Shown: piece after piece, positions 19,179-29,435 of the stretch | How positions within the stretch are numbered: position 1 is the first letter of the stretch | How the letters are laid out: each line of letters begins with the position of its first letter | Assembly: GCA_050015515.1 (NCBI GenBank) | Contig: JBEKBG010000001.1 | Coordinates: 6,028-70,027, forward strand | Direction of reading: 5' to 3' | From: Minisyncoccia bacterium | Lineage (GTDB): Bacteria > Patescibacteriota > Minisyncoccia > UBA6257 > 2-01-FULL-56-20 | Length of the DNA: 64,000 nt | Made by a program: the position numbers and the translations under genes | The notes under the pieces: generated by a model | Told to the model about the DNA's origin: nothing | Databases searched by the model: none | Seen by the model: the letters and a program-made list of their open reading frames with translations, nothing else

Positions 19179-19259
19179 CCGAAGGCAACATGATGGGCAT
19201 ATCTTTGAGGACCATTAATCTTCTGGTCCTCAAAGATATGCCCATCATGTTGCCTTCGG
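19179..19259. repeat. unique 36-bp perfect hairpin (loop TTAATCTTC)
   Basis: 19179-19214 is the reverse complement of 19224-19259. Lies 29 bp upstream of the dksA-like start. Confidence 0.65.
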
Positions 19260-19287
19260 AGCCATCTCGCCGTATTCTTATAGAACT

Positions 19288-19620
19288 ATGAACCAAAACC
19301 AATTAAAAGAATATAAAATCGCACTAGAAAAGGAACGGGTAATGATCGCAGCAGAGATTGCACGCGACGAAAAGCCTGTTGATTTTGGCAATGACATTGA
19401 CCACGACGATGAGGCGACCGATAAGTCGGAAGAGGTAGGGGATCAGCTCGCAGCGGCGCGATCTCTCAAAGACCGTTTGAACGAAATTGGTATCGCGCTG
19501 GGGAAAATCCAAAATGGTGTGTACGGTGTTTGCGAAAAATGTGGGAAAACCATTGAGCACGAGATTCTTGCTATTGATCCCGAATCCCGTTTCTGCAAAG
19601 CGTGCAAGCTCGCTCATTAA
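19288..19620 (+). CDS. DksA/TraR family C4-type zinc-finger protein
   Basis: Coiled-coil N-terminus and C-terminal CxxC-17-CxxC. Confidence 0.75.
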   Translation: MNQNQLKEYKIALEKERVMIAAEIARDEKPVDFGNDIDHDDEATDKSEEVGDQLAAARSLKDRLNEIGIALGKIQNGVYGVCEKCGKTIEHEILAIDPESRFCKACKLAH

Positions 19621-19728
19621 TCTTAATCACCTGGATCTAAAAACTCCCACCCCCTCTTCTTGAACCGTCGAGTCTGTTCGCTAGGTTCAAAAAGAGGATG
19701 GGTATTTTAGATTCTTTTAATGTGAGAT

Positions 19729-21264
19729 ATGTATAGTGTTTGCATGGCTAAAAAATTAGGGCGATTGTATTCCGCGGCGCTGGAGGGTATTGATGCAAAA
19801 ATTATTGAGGTTGAAGCGGACATTAATATTGGGCTGCACTCGTTCAATATCGTTGGGCTTGGCGACCGCTCGCTGAACGAAGCGAAGGAACGCGTAAACT
19901 CCGCGCTGAAAAATTCCGGCATTAAACCGCCAAATCGCGAGAACCGGAAGATCACGATCAATCTTGCGCCGGCGGATATAAAAAAGACCGGCGCGCATTA
20001 CGACCTCGCAATCGCGCTTGGATATCTTCTTGCCACAAAACAGATCAGAAATTTTGAGTGCACAGATAAAATATTTTTGGGCGAGCTCGCACTTGATGGA
20101 CGGCTCCGCCCGGTGAGCGGTGCGCTGAACATCGCGGAGAAAGCTGCGCACGATGGATTTAAATATTTATTTTTACCACAGGAGAATGCAAATGAGGCGG
20201 CGGTGATCGAAGGGATCAAAGTGGTCGCCGTACAAGATCTTCGTGAAACGATCGCCATTCTTGAAGGAAGGACAAACCGAGAACCGACACAATTTAGTGA
20301 GGGAGCGGAACGGCACCTTGGGAATATCGCTGACTTTTCGGAGATCAGAGGACAAGAGAATGCGAAGCGCGCATTTACGATCGCTGCAGCGGGGCAACAT
20401 AATATCCTGCTCTTTGGGCCGCCGGGCGTCGGGAAAACATTTCTCTCCCACGCACTCGCGGGTATCATGCCACGCCTTACGATGCCGGAGGCGATTGAGA
20501 CCACAAAAATATGGAGTGCCGCAGGGCTCAGCCCCGGCGGCCTTATTCGCGAACGACCGTTCCGCGCGCCGCACCATACGGCGTCCATCACGGCGCTTGT
20601 TGGCGGGGGACCGGACCCGCGCCCGGGAGAGATCAGCCTCGCGCATCGGGGGATACTTTTTCTTGATGAGCTTCCCGAGTTTCAAAGAAATGCGCTTGAG
20701 GCATTACGCCAGCCGCTCGAATCCGGCGTGGTGCATCTTGCGCGAATAAAACAAAGCGTCACATTCCCCGCAAAGTTTATCCTTGTTGCAGCGATGAATC
20801 CATGCCCGTGCGGATTTTATGGTGACGCGGAACGGGAATGTAAATGTTCCGCGTATGAAATAATAAAATATCAGAAGAAAATCTCCGGGCCGTTGCTCGA
20901 CCGTATCGATCTACAGGTGAAAGTGGGTCGCGTGGCGATTGAGGCGTTGCAAAACAAACCAGGTGGCGAACAAGGGGAAAGCGCGGTGATACAGGAGTGT
21001 GTCGCCCGCGCGCGAATAGCGCAACGTGAGAGGTATGGAAAGCTAAATGCCGAACTCAGTTCACGTGAAGCGCAAGAATCCACAAAGATGGATCATAGCG
21101 CCCGAGCGTTTTTAGAAACCCTCAACGCCGGGCATCTTTCTCCGCGCGGATATTATCGGTTGATAAAAGTGGCCCGCACCATTGCGGACCTTGAAGAGAA
21201 GGACATGATCTCCTCCGAACACCTCGCGGAGGCGTTCAGCTATCGGCTGAAAGAAATTTTTTGA
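19729..21264 (+). CDS. YifB/ComM family Mg-chelatase-like AAA ATPase
   Basis: Lon-like N-domain, Walker A GPPGVGKT, C-terminal chelatase domain. Start may be ATG 19744. Confidence 0.9.
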   Translation: MYSVCMAKKLGRLYSAALEGIDAKIIEVEADINIGLHSFNIVGLGDRSLNEAKERVNSALKNSGIKPPNRENRKITINLAPADIKKTGAHYDLAIALGYLLATKQIRNFECTDKIFLGELALDGRLRPVSGALNIAEKAAHDGFKYLFLPQENANEAAVIEGIKVVAVQDLRETIAILEGRTNREPTQFSEGAERHLGNIADFSEIRGQENAKRAFTIAAAGQHNILLFGPPGVGKTFLSHALAGIMPRLTMPEAIETTKIWSAAGLSPGGLIRERPFRAPHHTASITALVGGGPDPRPGEISLAHRGILFLDELPEFQRNALEALRQPLESGVVHLARIKQSVTFPAKFILVAAMNPCPCGFYGDAERECKCSAYEIIKYQKKISGPLLDRIDLQVKVGRVAIEALQNKPGGEQGESAVIQECVARARIAQRERYGKLNAELSSREAQESTKMDHSARAFLETLNAGHLSPRGYYRLIKVARTIADLEEKDMISSEHLAEAFSYRLKEIF

Positions 21265-21288
21265 CCGGCGCGGCTTATTCCTTGGCGC

Positions 21289-21792
21289 CTATCCCTCGAA
21301 AAGGGCGGCGTCGTTCCGGCTTGGGATGACAATGGAAATTCCGGGAACAAGCGATGAAAAATTTACCGATGGATTAAATTCGACTATAGTATTGATAGGA
21401 ACGCCGAACGCAGTCGAGATAGACGCCAAAGTATCTCCCGTGGCTACCGTATAAACGACGCTGTATGTCAACGGCTTTGTGGCGGAATTCGATGCGGCAG
21501 TGGTGGTGGTCTTAATCGCCCGCTCCGGATCTTTGAAGGCGCCTTCACCGTAGAGCACGTCCGTGTCTTCTGCCAGCTGGGTGGATTTCGCGCCGGCTTC
21601 GACGGAAGCGAGGGATGGGACGCTTTGCGGGGTAAGGGCAGCGCTATCGATCTCCGCACCTTCGGCCTGGGGGATCAGCGACGAACCGCCCTGGACCCTC
21701 CGCTCCTGGACCATCCCTGCCGGGTTCGCAACAAAAAATGAGCTCCAGAGGGCTCCGGCCAATAATCCTCCAATCGCCAAAAAAACAGCCAC
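21289..21792 (-). CDS. LysM domain-containing membrane-anchored protein
   Basis: N-terminal TM. C-terminal LysM (YTVATGDTLASISTAFGVPINTIVEFNP). Confidence 0.7.
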   Translation of the reverse strand: MAVFLAIGGLLAGALWSSFFVANPAGMVQERRVQGGSSLIPQAEGAEIDSAALTPQSVPSLASVEAGAKSTQLAEDTDVLYGEGAFKDPERAIKTTTTAASNSATKPLTYSVVYTVATGDTLASISTAFGVPINTIVEFNPSVNFSSLVPGISIVIPSRNDAALFEG

Positions 21793-21857
21793 GCTTAATG
21801 GCTTATACTCCTTATTGAGTTTTTCGATAGTCGTACTAATAGATTCATCCTACCATA

Positions 21858-23750
21858 ATGACCCCCAAACCTCAACCGCCTGGCAAGTCAGAACAAGCGC
21901 CTTTAAATCTTGCCCAGGACGCGGCGGTCCATGCCCCCGGCATCCCTCTATTAATAGTGGCGGGGGCCGGAACGGGCAAAACAAAGACTCTGACCAGCCG
22001 GATTGTCCATTTAATAGAGACAGGAACACCCCCAGAGCGGATTTGCGCCATCACCTTCACTAACAAGGCGGCGAAGGAAATGGCAAGGCGGGTCGGGCGC
22101 GAGGGACCGTTTTTAGGGACTTTTCATTCTTTGGGCGCTAAAATCCTTCGGAAAGAGTGTCGCTTGACAGGCCGCTACCCGAATTTTGCCATTTTTGACG
22201 ACCACGATTCTTTCGATCTGGTCAAAAAAGCAGTCAAAGCCGTTCTCCCGCACAAAAAAGATGACGAAGATGATGGGATTTTGGCGAAGAAAAATAAGAA
22301 GGACACGCCGGTCTATTTTGCCAAGAAGATCTCCGAGTTGAAGAACCTTGGGCGGCTTTTGCCGGAAGCACGCCCGTCAGCGGACAAAGAGGCGCAAATC
22401 CGGCATGTTTTTGAAAAGTACGAAGCGGCGCTCATCCGCAACAATGCGTTCGACTTTGACGACCTCATTGAGAAAACGGTGGCGATACTAAAAACCCATC
22501 CCGAGGTATTAAAAAAATATCAGCACGCATACGACGCGATCCTCGTGGACGAATATCAGGACATCAACCCGAAGCAGTATGAACTTGTTTCGTTACTGGC
22601 GGGAGAACACCGCAACCTGAGCGTGGTAGGGGATGATGAACAAACTATTTACAGCTGGCGCTATGCGGACATAAAAACGTTTTTGAATTTTGATAAAGAA
22701 TGGAAGGGTGCGAGCGTACATTTTTTGGAAGAGAATTATCGCTCGACCGGCATCATCATCCGCGCGGCGGCGGCGGTCACAAAACACAACCGTTTCCGCA
22801 CGCCGAAAAATCTGTGGACAAAGAATCCCGATGGCGATCCGATCGTACTCTTTGAGGCATGGGGCGAGAACGAAGAAGCGGAATGGATCGCACAACAAAT
22901 TTATTCTTTACGGGCGCGCGACAAGAATGCGGATATCGGCATTTTGTACCGGACGAACGCGCAGTCGCGCGCGATCGAACAGGCGCTCATCCGCAACAAT
23001 ATTCCGTACCGCATTTTTGGCGGGTTGAAATTTTATGAGCGGCGCGAGATCAAAGATGCGGTGTCGGCGTTGCGCTATATTTCGAACGCGAAGGATGAGC
23101 CTGCGCGCGAGCGACTGGAAAAAAATCTGACCAAGCGACGTTTCGCGGAATTTAAAAATAAAGTTGCGGAGCTGCAGGACCCGGCAAAACTTTCCGCAGT
23201 TGCCGCGGGGACGGTCGCGCCGCTCGCCGCGTTGAAATTGTTCTTGGAAACGTTCGGTTATTTTGATTATCTTGAGTCGAACTTTGCGAACGCCGATGAA
23301 CGTGAGGAGAACATCGCGGAGTTGATCACGTTTGCAACGGATTTCCAAAGCCTGGATGAGCTGCTTGAACGTTTAAGCCTCTTGCAGGCCGCCGACGAGA
23401 TAGGAAACAAGCCTGCCGACGGGCGAGAGGTCAACTTAATGACCATCCACCTGGCCAAGGGACTCGAGTTTGACTCGGTATTCATTGCCGGCGTGGCCGA
23501 AGGGCTCCTGCCGCACGGCCGGTCGCAGGGCGACGAAAATGCACTCGAAGAAGAGCGCCGCCTGATGTATGTGGCCATGACGCGCGCACGAAAAAATCTC
23601 TATCTGAGTTTCTATGGAATCCCTTCGCGGTTCGTGAATGAGATCCCGGAAGATTGCATCGTGCTCGCGGACGGCGCGGCGGCGAGAGGAGCCAGCGATT
23701 ACGATGGCGGCGAACACGATGAGTACGAACATTTTGTTTCGCTCGACTAA
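21858..23750 (+). CDS. UvrD/PcrA/Rep family ATP-dependent DNA helicase
   Basis: Walker A GAGTGKTKTL and SF1 helicase motifs throughout. Confidence 0.88.
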   Translation: MTPKPQPPGKSEQAPLNLAQDAAVHAPGIPLLIVAGAGTGKTKTLTSRIVHLIETGTPPERICAITFTNKAAKEMARRVGREGPFLGTFHSLGAKILRKECRLTGRYPNFAIFDDHDSFDLVKKAVKAVLPHKKDDEDDGILAKKNKKDTPVYFAKKISELKNLGRLLPEARPSADKEAQIRHVFEKYEAALIRNNAFDFDDLIEKTVAILKTHPEVLKKYQHAYDAILVDEYQDINPKQYELVSLLAGEHRNLSVVGDDEQTIYSWRYADIKTFLNFDKEWKGASVHFLEENYRSTGIIIRAAAAVTKHNRFRTPKNLWTKNPDGDPIVLFEAWGENEEAEWIAQQIYSLRARDKNADIGILYRTNAQSRAIEQALIRNNIPYRIFGGLKFYERREIKDAVSALRYISNAKDEPARERLEKNLTKRRFAEFKNKVAELQDPAKLSAVAAGTVAPLAALKLFLETFGYFDYLESNFANADEREENIAELITFATDFQSLDELLERLSLLQAADEIGNKPADGREVNLMTIHLAKGLEFDSVFIAGVAEGLLPHGRSQGDENALEEERRLMYVAMTRARKNLYLSFYGIPSRFVNEIPEDCIVLADGAAARGASDYDGGEHDEYEHFVSLD

Positions 23751-23758
23751 TAGCACAC

Positions 23759-23764
23759 TATAAT
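23759..23764 (+). promoter_or_regulatory. TATAAT -10 hexamer 4 nt upstream of the rsmA ATG (probable leaderless start)
   Basis: No SD is possible in the 4-nt gap. TTGTTT lies 19 nt upstream. Confidence 0.3.
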
Positions 23765-23768
23765 TTTT

Positions 23769-24539
23769 ATGCAAAAATTTGGTCAACATTTTTTAAAGAA
23801 CGCGATGGTCTTGGAAAAGATCGTGGACGCGCTCGCACTCGCGGACGGCGATTGCGTGATAGAGATCGGCCCGGGGCACGGCGAGCTCACCGCGCCGCTT
23901 ACACGCGCGGCGCGCGGAAAACGCTGCGAAATCTTTTGCATCGAAAAAGATCACGCGCTGGTCGGCGGGTTGGGACAATTCGCCGCGCGCGTGACCATCA
24001 TAGAAGGCGATGTATTAAAATTATTACCGGATATGGTAGCAACAAAAATCGTTGGCAACATCCCATACTACATCACCGGAAAATTATTACGCACCATTGG
24101 CGGACTCGAGCACAAACCGGAGCGTACGGTGCTGCTCATCCAAAAAGAGGTGGCGGAGCGGATCTGCGCCGCGCCGCCGGATATGAACCGGCTCGCGGCG
24201 AGCGTGCAGTTTTGGGCGGATGCAAAAATTGTCGCGCACGTGCCGCGCAGCGATTTTTCTCCGGCGCCGGACGTGGATTCGGCGGTGATCGTGCTCAACG
24301 CCGATCATCACGCCGCGCGCGATCTCGATCCGACACTCTATTATAGAGCGGTGCGCGCCATTTTTGCCCAACCCCGGAAAACGCTATTGAATAATCTCTT
24401 CGCGGCGGCAGGAAAAACCGTCAAAAAAAACGATGTCGGCGCGCGGATCGAAAAAATCGGCATCAATCCCGGCTCGCGGCCGCAAGACCTTAGCATCGAT
24501 CAAATCGTTTCCATCGCACATATGGGTTTATGGGGATAA
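23769..24539 (+). CDS. rsmA: 16S rRNA (adenine1518/1519-N6)-dimethyltransferase
   Basis: FGQHFL N-terminus and SAM-binding motifs. 256 aa. Confidence 0.9.
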   Translation: MQKFGQHFLKNAMVLEKIVDALALADGDCVIEIGPGHGELTAPLTRAARGKRCEIFCIEKDHALVGGLGQFAARVTIIEGDVLKLLPDMVATKIVGNIPYYITGKLLRTIGGLEHKPERTVLLIQKEVAERICAAPPDMNRLAASVQFWADAKIVAHVPRSDFSPAPDVDSAVIVLNADHHAARDLDPTLYYRAVRAIFAQPRKTLLNNLFAAAGKTVKKNDVGARIEKIGINPGSRPQDLSIDQIVSIAHMGLWG

Positions 24540-24550
24540 CTGGGGATAAC
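24531..24550. promoter_or_regulatory. tandem TGGGGATAAC x2 (reverse complement of the DnaA-box variant TTATCCCCA)
   Basis: Exact 10-nt tandem duplication overlapping the rsmA stop, 43 bp upstream of the T4SS-like operon start. The same 9-mer occurs twice in the dnaA-dnaN spacer. Confidence 0.35.
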
Positions 24551-24578
24551 CCTTGTAGCACGCATTTTCTTTTGGCGC

Positions 24579-24584
24579 TATAAT
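24579..24584 (+). promoter_or_regulatory. TATAAT -10 hexamer 8 nt upstream of ATG 24593 (short or leaderless 5' UTR)
   Basis: No SD. TTGTAG lies 19 nt upstream. Confidence 0.3.
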
Positions 24585-24592
24585 CTATATTA

Positions 24593-26842
24593 ATGATAGA
24601 TGTCAAGAAGCTGATTACGGGTTTTTTGATCTTGGCTGTCGCTGCGGTCTGTTCTGGGCTGATATTTTCGCTCGCGAACTTTTCATCGCCCGCGACAACC
24701 AATGCCGCCAGCGGAATAGCGATTGGCGCGGGCACCGCAGCCGCAGATAACGCCAACGCGTTCCTGCCCACCGAGGAACAGGTGCAGGAAACCGCCGCCG
24801 CGCTTGCGCCGGAACTCGCATCATCAACAATGCTCGTCAGCTCCACCGACCCGACCAACCTTACCGACGACCTCGCGGCAGAATTTGTGAACGGCGTCGT
24901 TGCCGCGAACCCCAACGGAGCGACCGGCACCGATACCGACGGCAATCCCACCTTCACCTCTCCCGATGTGAACGCGATCGCGGCGAACATCGCCGACAGT
25001 ACCACCACGCAGGCGCTGCAAATTCCTAACTGGGACACCGAGGTCGCGGCAATTCCCGTGACCGTCGTCGCCACCACGAGTGCGACAGCTCTTACCAACT
25101 ACGGCGATGCGGTCAATGGCATTTTAAACAGCCATCTTAACGCGCAAGTGCAAAGCATCGCGAGCGACCAAACCGATGGCGCAACCGCGAGCGAATTAAC
25201 GTATGTGCAGTCGCAGGTGCAAAGCGCGCTTCAAGATACTGCCTCACTAAAAACTCCTGCGCCTGCCGAGGCATATCAGAAAAGTTTATTAGCCAACCTC
25301 GTTTATGAAAAGAACATGATCCAGTTATATACCCTCGCCCAGACCGACCCGGTAAAAGCATCCCTGATCTTCAGTCAAGAAGATACAAAGTTTTCTGCCG
25401 TCCAACAAAATTTTGCGAACCAGGCGCAGGAGCTCACCAGTAATTACCTTTCTCTCGAGCAGGTTCCTCAAAAACCACAAAATGGAATATTACTCTCTTT
25501 TATTAACAATACATTCGGCGTTCCCGAAGCCCACGCACTTTTGCCAGTGTTCGACCCCGCGACGTGGGCCCTGATCATATCGAATGAATGGACAACTATT
25601 CAAACCCAGCTTGAAGGAATCCTTAAAAACATGCTCCTCCAAATCCTCAAGAACGTCCTCATCGCAATTATTCAGCAGAAAGTGCTGGCGTGGGTGCAGG
25701 GGAGCGGGGCGCCGCGATTTATCACCAACTGGGGAACGACGCTCATAAATGTGGCGCAGACAAATGCGCTGAACGCGCTTAATAAAGACATGACGTGCGG
25801 CGCATACTCCGCTTTTGTTCCACAGATCAACATTACCTTAAAAGCTTTTTATTCCCCTAGCGCCAATAATTGCGCAAATCAATTTCAGGCGGCGCTCGGC
25901 GCAAACACCTTCCAACAATTCTATAATAATTTTTCGAATGGGGGATTTGTTGCGTTTGGCGCAAGCACCCTTCCGAGCGGCAACCCTTATGGAGCGCAAT
26001 TTTTTGAAGCTCAGAAAACTGATATCTCTTATCACAATCAGCAGGCAGCCACCGCACTGCAAACACAGACCTCACAAGGATTCAAAGGTGACGCGGTATG
26101 TACCGACGGGAGCAATCCTAACGGAAACAGCACCGTATGCGAAAACCCCAATGGCACATACGATCCGCCCAATATAACCGGGGGAGCATGCCCTGCGGGC
26201 GACAAATCAACCACCGTCTCAAATGGCGGCCTATGCGAGGACGGCACACAACCAATCGTGCAAACGCCTGCGGCGGTCACCGGATTTACCGTTCAAACCA
26301 CGGCAGGTGGCAACGCGACCGTCGCCCAGGTCACCGCAGCGACCGATATCGTCGGCATTCTCAATTCTGTCATGAGTTCCATTGTGATGGGTCTGGCAAA
26401 CGCCGCAGTGAACGCGGCGGGGAAATTGGTGAATCAAACGCTTAGCTCTCCCTCTCTGGATTCCAATATCACCTCCGGTGCCAACCTTTCCGGCATCACT
26501 ACCTCTACTATTGCGAGCACCTCCGCCGCGATCAGCGGCACCCTTGCTTCAATCCCGCTCGCGTGCAATCCGTTGACGCAAACCATCCCGTCCGCATCGG
26601 CCAGCACGCCGACATCAACCGGACTCACGGCTACCAGCACCTCCCCGGTCTCGCTCTCCGCCGCCGGCGGTACGCTTGACGCAAACGACAATCCGCCTAC
26701 TTATAATTGGTCCGACTCCAACGGCGTCACCGGCACTGGCTCGTTCTTCTCCGACACATTCACTATCCCGGGAACGTATACCGTCACCCTCGGCGATTCG
26801 ACGGGCGATGCGCCAACAACATGCACCGTCATTCAACAATAA
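24593..26842 (+). CDS. large secreted/surface protein (749 aa), Ala/Thr/Asn/Gln/Ser-rich; first gene of the T4SS-like operon
   Basis: N-terminal signal/TM, low-complexity repetitive N-half, Cys-containing C-terminal region. Adhesin-like composition. Confidence 0.6.
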   Translation: MIDVKKLITGFLILAVAAVCSGLIFSLANFSSPATTNAASGIAIGAGTAAADNANAFLPTEEQVQETAAALAPELASSTMLVSSTDPTNLTDDLAAEFVNGVVAANPNGATGTDTDGNPTFTSPDVNAIAANIADSTTTQALQIPNWDTEVAAIPVTVVATTSATALTNYGDAVNGILNSHLNAQVQSIASDQTDGATASELTYVQSQVQSALQDTASLKTPAPAEAYQKSLLANLVYEKNMIQLYTLAQTDPVKASLIFSQEDTKFSAVQQNFANQAQELTSNYLSLEQVPQKPQNGILLSFINNTFGVPEAHALLPVFDPATWALIISNEWTTIQTQLEGILKNMLLQILKNVLIAIIQQKVLAWVQGSGAPRFITNWGTTLINVAQTNALNALNKDMTCGAYSAFVPQINITLKAFYSPSANNCANQFQAALGANTFQQFYNNFSNGGFVAFGASTLPSGNPYGAQFFEAQKTDISYHNQQAATALQTQTSQGFKGDAVCTDGSNPNGNSTVCENPNGTYDPPNITGGACPAGDKSTTVSNGGLCEDGTQPIVQTPAAVTGFTVQTTAGGNATVAQVTAATDIVGILNSVMSSIVMGLANAAVNAAGKLVNQTLSSPSLDSNITSGANLSGITTSTIASTSAAISGTLASIPLACNPLTQTIPSASASTPTSTGLTATSTSPVSLSAAGGTLDANDNPPTYNWSDSNGVTGTGSFFSDTFTIPGTYTVTLGDSTGDAPTTCTVIQQ

Positions 26843-26844
26843 CA

Positions 26845-29427
26845 ATGGCGCACAAGAACCACTACAAAAAAATATTCGTCGTCGTCGCGGCGCTGTTCGT
26901 GCTTTTCGCGCCGGTGGGAATAACGACGGTCGGGGGGACGCAAAATTCCACCTCTATTCCAGCGGCCGCGCCAACAACACGAGGAATCCTAATAAAATCA
27001 GCGCCGCCGTCTCCTTATTCTGCATTCCGTTTATCGTTCAATCTTAGCCTTGCGCAGGCGACTCCAACAGCGCCCACTACCGGCGCTGGGGCTGGCCAAA
27101 ATATTCCCGTCAATCCAAATTGGTACAGTTGTACCACGAATCTGGCAACGTGCGGTGTTTATTACGTAGCGCTTACCATAAATGGCGTTATGGGTCTTCT
27201 TGTTTCTCTTGGAGCTACTTTGGTTCGGTTGGGACTTCAACTTAACGATAATGTGTTTAATTCGCCCGCGGTCCAAACGGGATTTTCCGTTGCCCTTGCG
27301 ATCGCGAATCTTGGATTTGTGCTTGGCATTATTATTATCGCCATCGCTACCATTATCAGAAATCAAACCTATGGGATGAAACAGCTTCTTTGGAAGCTGG
27401 TGTTCATGGCCATCCTTGTAAATTTTGGTCTTGTTATCACTGCGCCGATCGTGGGCTTTGCGAGCAGTATGAGTAATTATTTTATCAACGCCACCAGTCC
27501 CTCTTCCGTCAGCATCGCCGGATATGAGGGATATGCCCAAACGATGATGTCCGCCTTCAACCCCCAGGCGCCGGCAGGGGCAGCTTCGGCGGGAACGGGG
27601 ACGCAAAGTTGGACTCCCGCCAGTGGATTTTGTTTAGGTCCTTGGAGCTATTTCAACAGCATCGCGGCCTGGTGCAATAAAAACAATCTACCGACACAGG
27701 ATCCTCCTGGAGTTTTTTGGCAACAGACAATGGCTATGGCTTTCGACATAGTTTTTTCTGCTCTTATCGTCTTTACCTTTTTTTGCCTCGCCATTCTCCT
27801 TCTTATCCGCTACGTTATGCTTGGCGGATTGCTCATCGTCCTTCCTCTTGCGTGGCTTACTTACATATTTCCAAAATTCGATAGTAGCTACAGTAAATGG
27901 TGGAATACTTTTATTAAATGGACATTCTTCCCGCCAATTGCACTTTTTTTCATCTATCTTGCGTTCATTACCGCCACAAATACCAATACTAGTGGAAGTG
28001 CGAGCGCCACCACTGCGGGTCAAACTTATATGACTCAAGCTGTCCAGCTTCCTTCTAACGCACAGACCGGAGTAGAAGCAGCACTGCAAACTCAAACTGG
28101 CACCACCCCGGGCCTTATTCAGTCGATGCTCGACGAAGTCCTTTTGGTAGGTCTCACTGTCATGGGGCTTATGTTCGCTCTTTCGCTTTCCGGAAAGGCG
28201 GGCTCGACGGTGGTAAATGGCGCGACGGCAGTTACTAAGGCGGCGGGAGGATATGTGGGGAAGAAAACCGGCAAAGCTGCAGCGCGAGTTTATCAAAAAG
28301 CAGGAGGGGGAGATCTTAATAAGAATATGCAACAAAGCAGAATTCCTGGCTTCTCGGCGATCGGCAGAGGTATGGCCAACTTGACCGAATCGGCAACCAA
28401 AAATCAGGTTGATGCCCAGCATAAAGCATTGGGGCTTGGCGCCATGGACGATGACCGGCTGCAAGCGGTAACCCAAGGGTTGCACGGGAAGGAAGCCCAG
28501 CTCGCGGCAGTGCAGGAATGGCAGAAGCGTGGAAAAGTGGACAAGATAGAAAGTATCGGCGGCGACAATTTCCAGACATGGCTCAAAAAGAACCAAGGGA
28601 CATTTAAAGATTATGGGCAGGGCAAGCTGCGTGGAGATGTTGATAACGCGATAATGTCGAATGAAGAGATACGGGAGATCGCAAGACAAAAAACCGCCGC
28701 AGCTCCAGCAGCGCGCGCCGCAGCTGAAGTGGTTGATGAAAAAGGGATTGTGGGCCCAGCAGGGGCAACGGTTCGCGCGAGTGATATGGTAAGCCGCGCA
28801 AATGAAGAGGCTAAGAAAGCGCAAGAGATTGTGGATCTTCGGGGAGCTGCTACGTTTATTCCTCATGGGGGAAGCATGGTCAGAGCCGGAGATCTTGTTA
28901 AAGAAGCCCAGGCGGCATCGGAATCTGCGAAGGATGCCATGGATAAAGCGCCAGATGATGCTCTTATTACTGATACGGAAGGCCGCTTAGGAGCAAAAGG
29001 AGAAAAGCAGAAAGCCGGGAAGCTTATGGAAGCCGCTTCTGAAAAATTCTGGGAAGGAAAAGACAAGGGCGATGCCGCAAAGACGCGCCCGAACGTCATA
29101 TTCGGAGATAAGCCAAGCCTCGGCTTTGATAAAGAGCAGCTTAATGAAATCGGGAAGGCGGTAGCCCATGGCGTAGTAGTGCAGGTACCTGGCGTCATGG
29201 GATCGTTAGCGGGCAAGACGGATAACTTGAAACAACTTACCATGCTTACGGAGGCCTACACGAAGAGCGTCCAAGAGGCGGAGAGGTCTAATAAGATATC
29301 AGCAACACAAGCAAAAGCGATGAACTCCGCAATTAAAAAAATGCTCGGGGGGAAACTGGCCTTCATGGGCGGATGGGAGCCAGGATCAGCCCCCACGCCA
29401 GCACCGACACCAACTCCTAAGCCTTAA
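26845..29427 (+). CDS. VirB6/TrbL-like polytopic membrane protein with long K/A/E-rich hydrophilic C-terminal domain
   Basis: ATG 26845 sits 2 nt after the upstream stop. About 6 TM helices across residues 130-420 (pattern typical of TrbL/VirB6), then ~430 aa hydrophilic tail ending in PTPAPTPTPKP. Confidence 0.5.
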   Translation: MAHKNHYKKIFVVVAALFVLFAPVGITTVGGTQNSTSIPAAAPTTRGILIKSAPPSPYSAFRLSFNLSLAQATPTAPTTGAGAGQNIPVNPNWYSCTTNLATCGVYYVALTINGVMGLLVSLGATLVRLGLQLNDNVFNSPAVQTGFSVALAIANLGFVLGIIIIAIATIIRNQTYGMKQLLWKLVFMAILVNFGLVITAPIVGFASSMSNYFINATSPSSVSIAGYEGYAQTMMSAFNPQAPAGAASAGTGTQSWTPASGFCLGPWSYFNSIAAWCNKNNLPTQDPPGVFWQQTMAMAFDIVFSALIVFTFFCLAILLLIRYVMLGGLLIVLPLAWLTYIFPKFDSSYSKWWNTFIKWTFFPPIALFFIYLAFITATNTNTSGSASATTAGQTYMTQAVQLPSNAQTGVEAALQTQTGTTPGLIQSMLDEVLLVGLTVMGLMFALSLSGKAGSTVVNGATAVTKAAGGYVGKKTGKAAARVYQKAGGGDLNKNMQQSRIPGFSAIGRGMANLTESATKNQVDAQHKALGLGAMDDDRLQAVTQGLHGKEAQLAAVQEWQKRGKVDKIESIGGDNFQTWLKKNQGTFKDYGQGKLRGDVDNAIMSNEEIREIARQKTAAAPAARAAAEVVDEKGIVGPAGATVRASDMVSRANEEAKKAQEIVDLRGAATFIPHGGSMVRAGDLVKEAQAASESAKDAMDKAPDDALITDTEGRLGAKGEKQKAGKLMEAASEKFWEGKDKGDAAKTRPNVIFGDKPSLGFDKEQLNEIGKAVAHGVVVQVPGVMGSLAGKTDNLKQLTMLTEAYTKSVQEAERSNKISATQAKAMNSAIKKMLGGKLAFMGGWEPGSAPTPAPTPTPKP

Positions 29428-29435
29428 ACCTCAAA

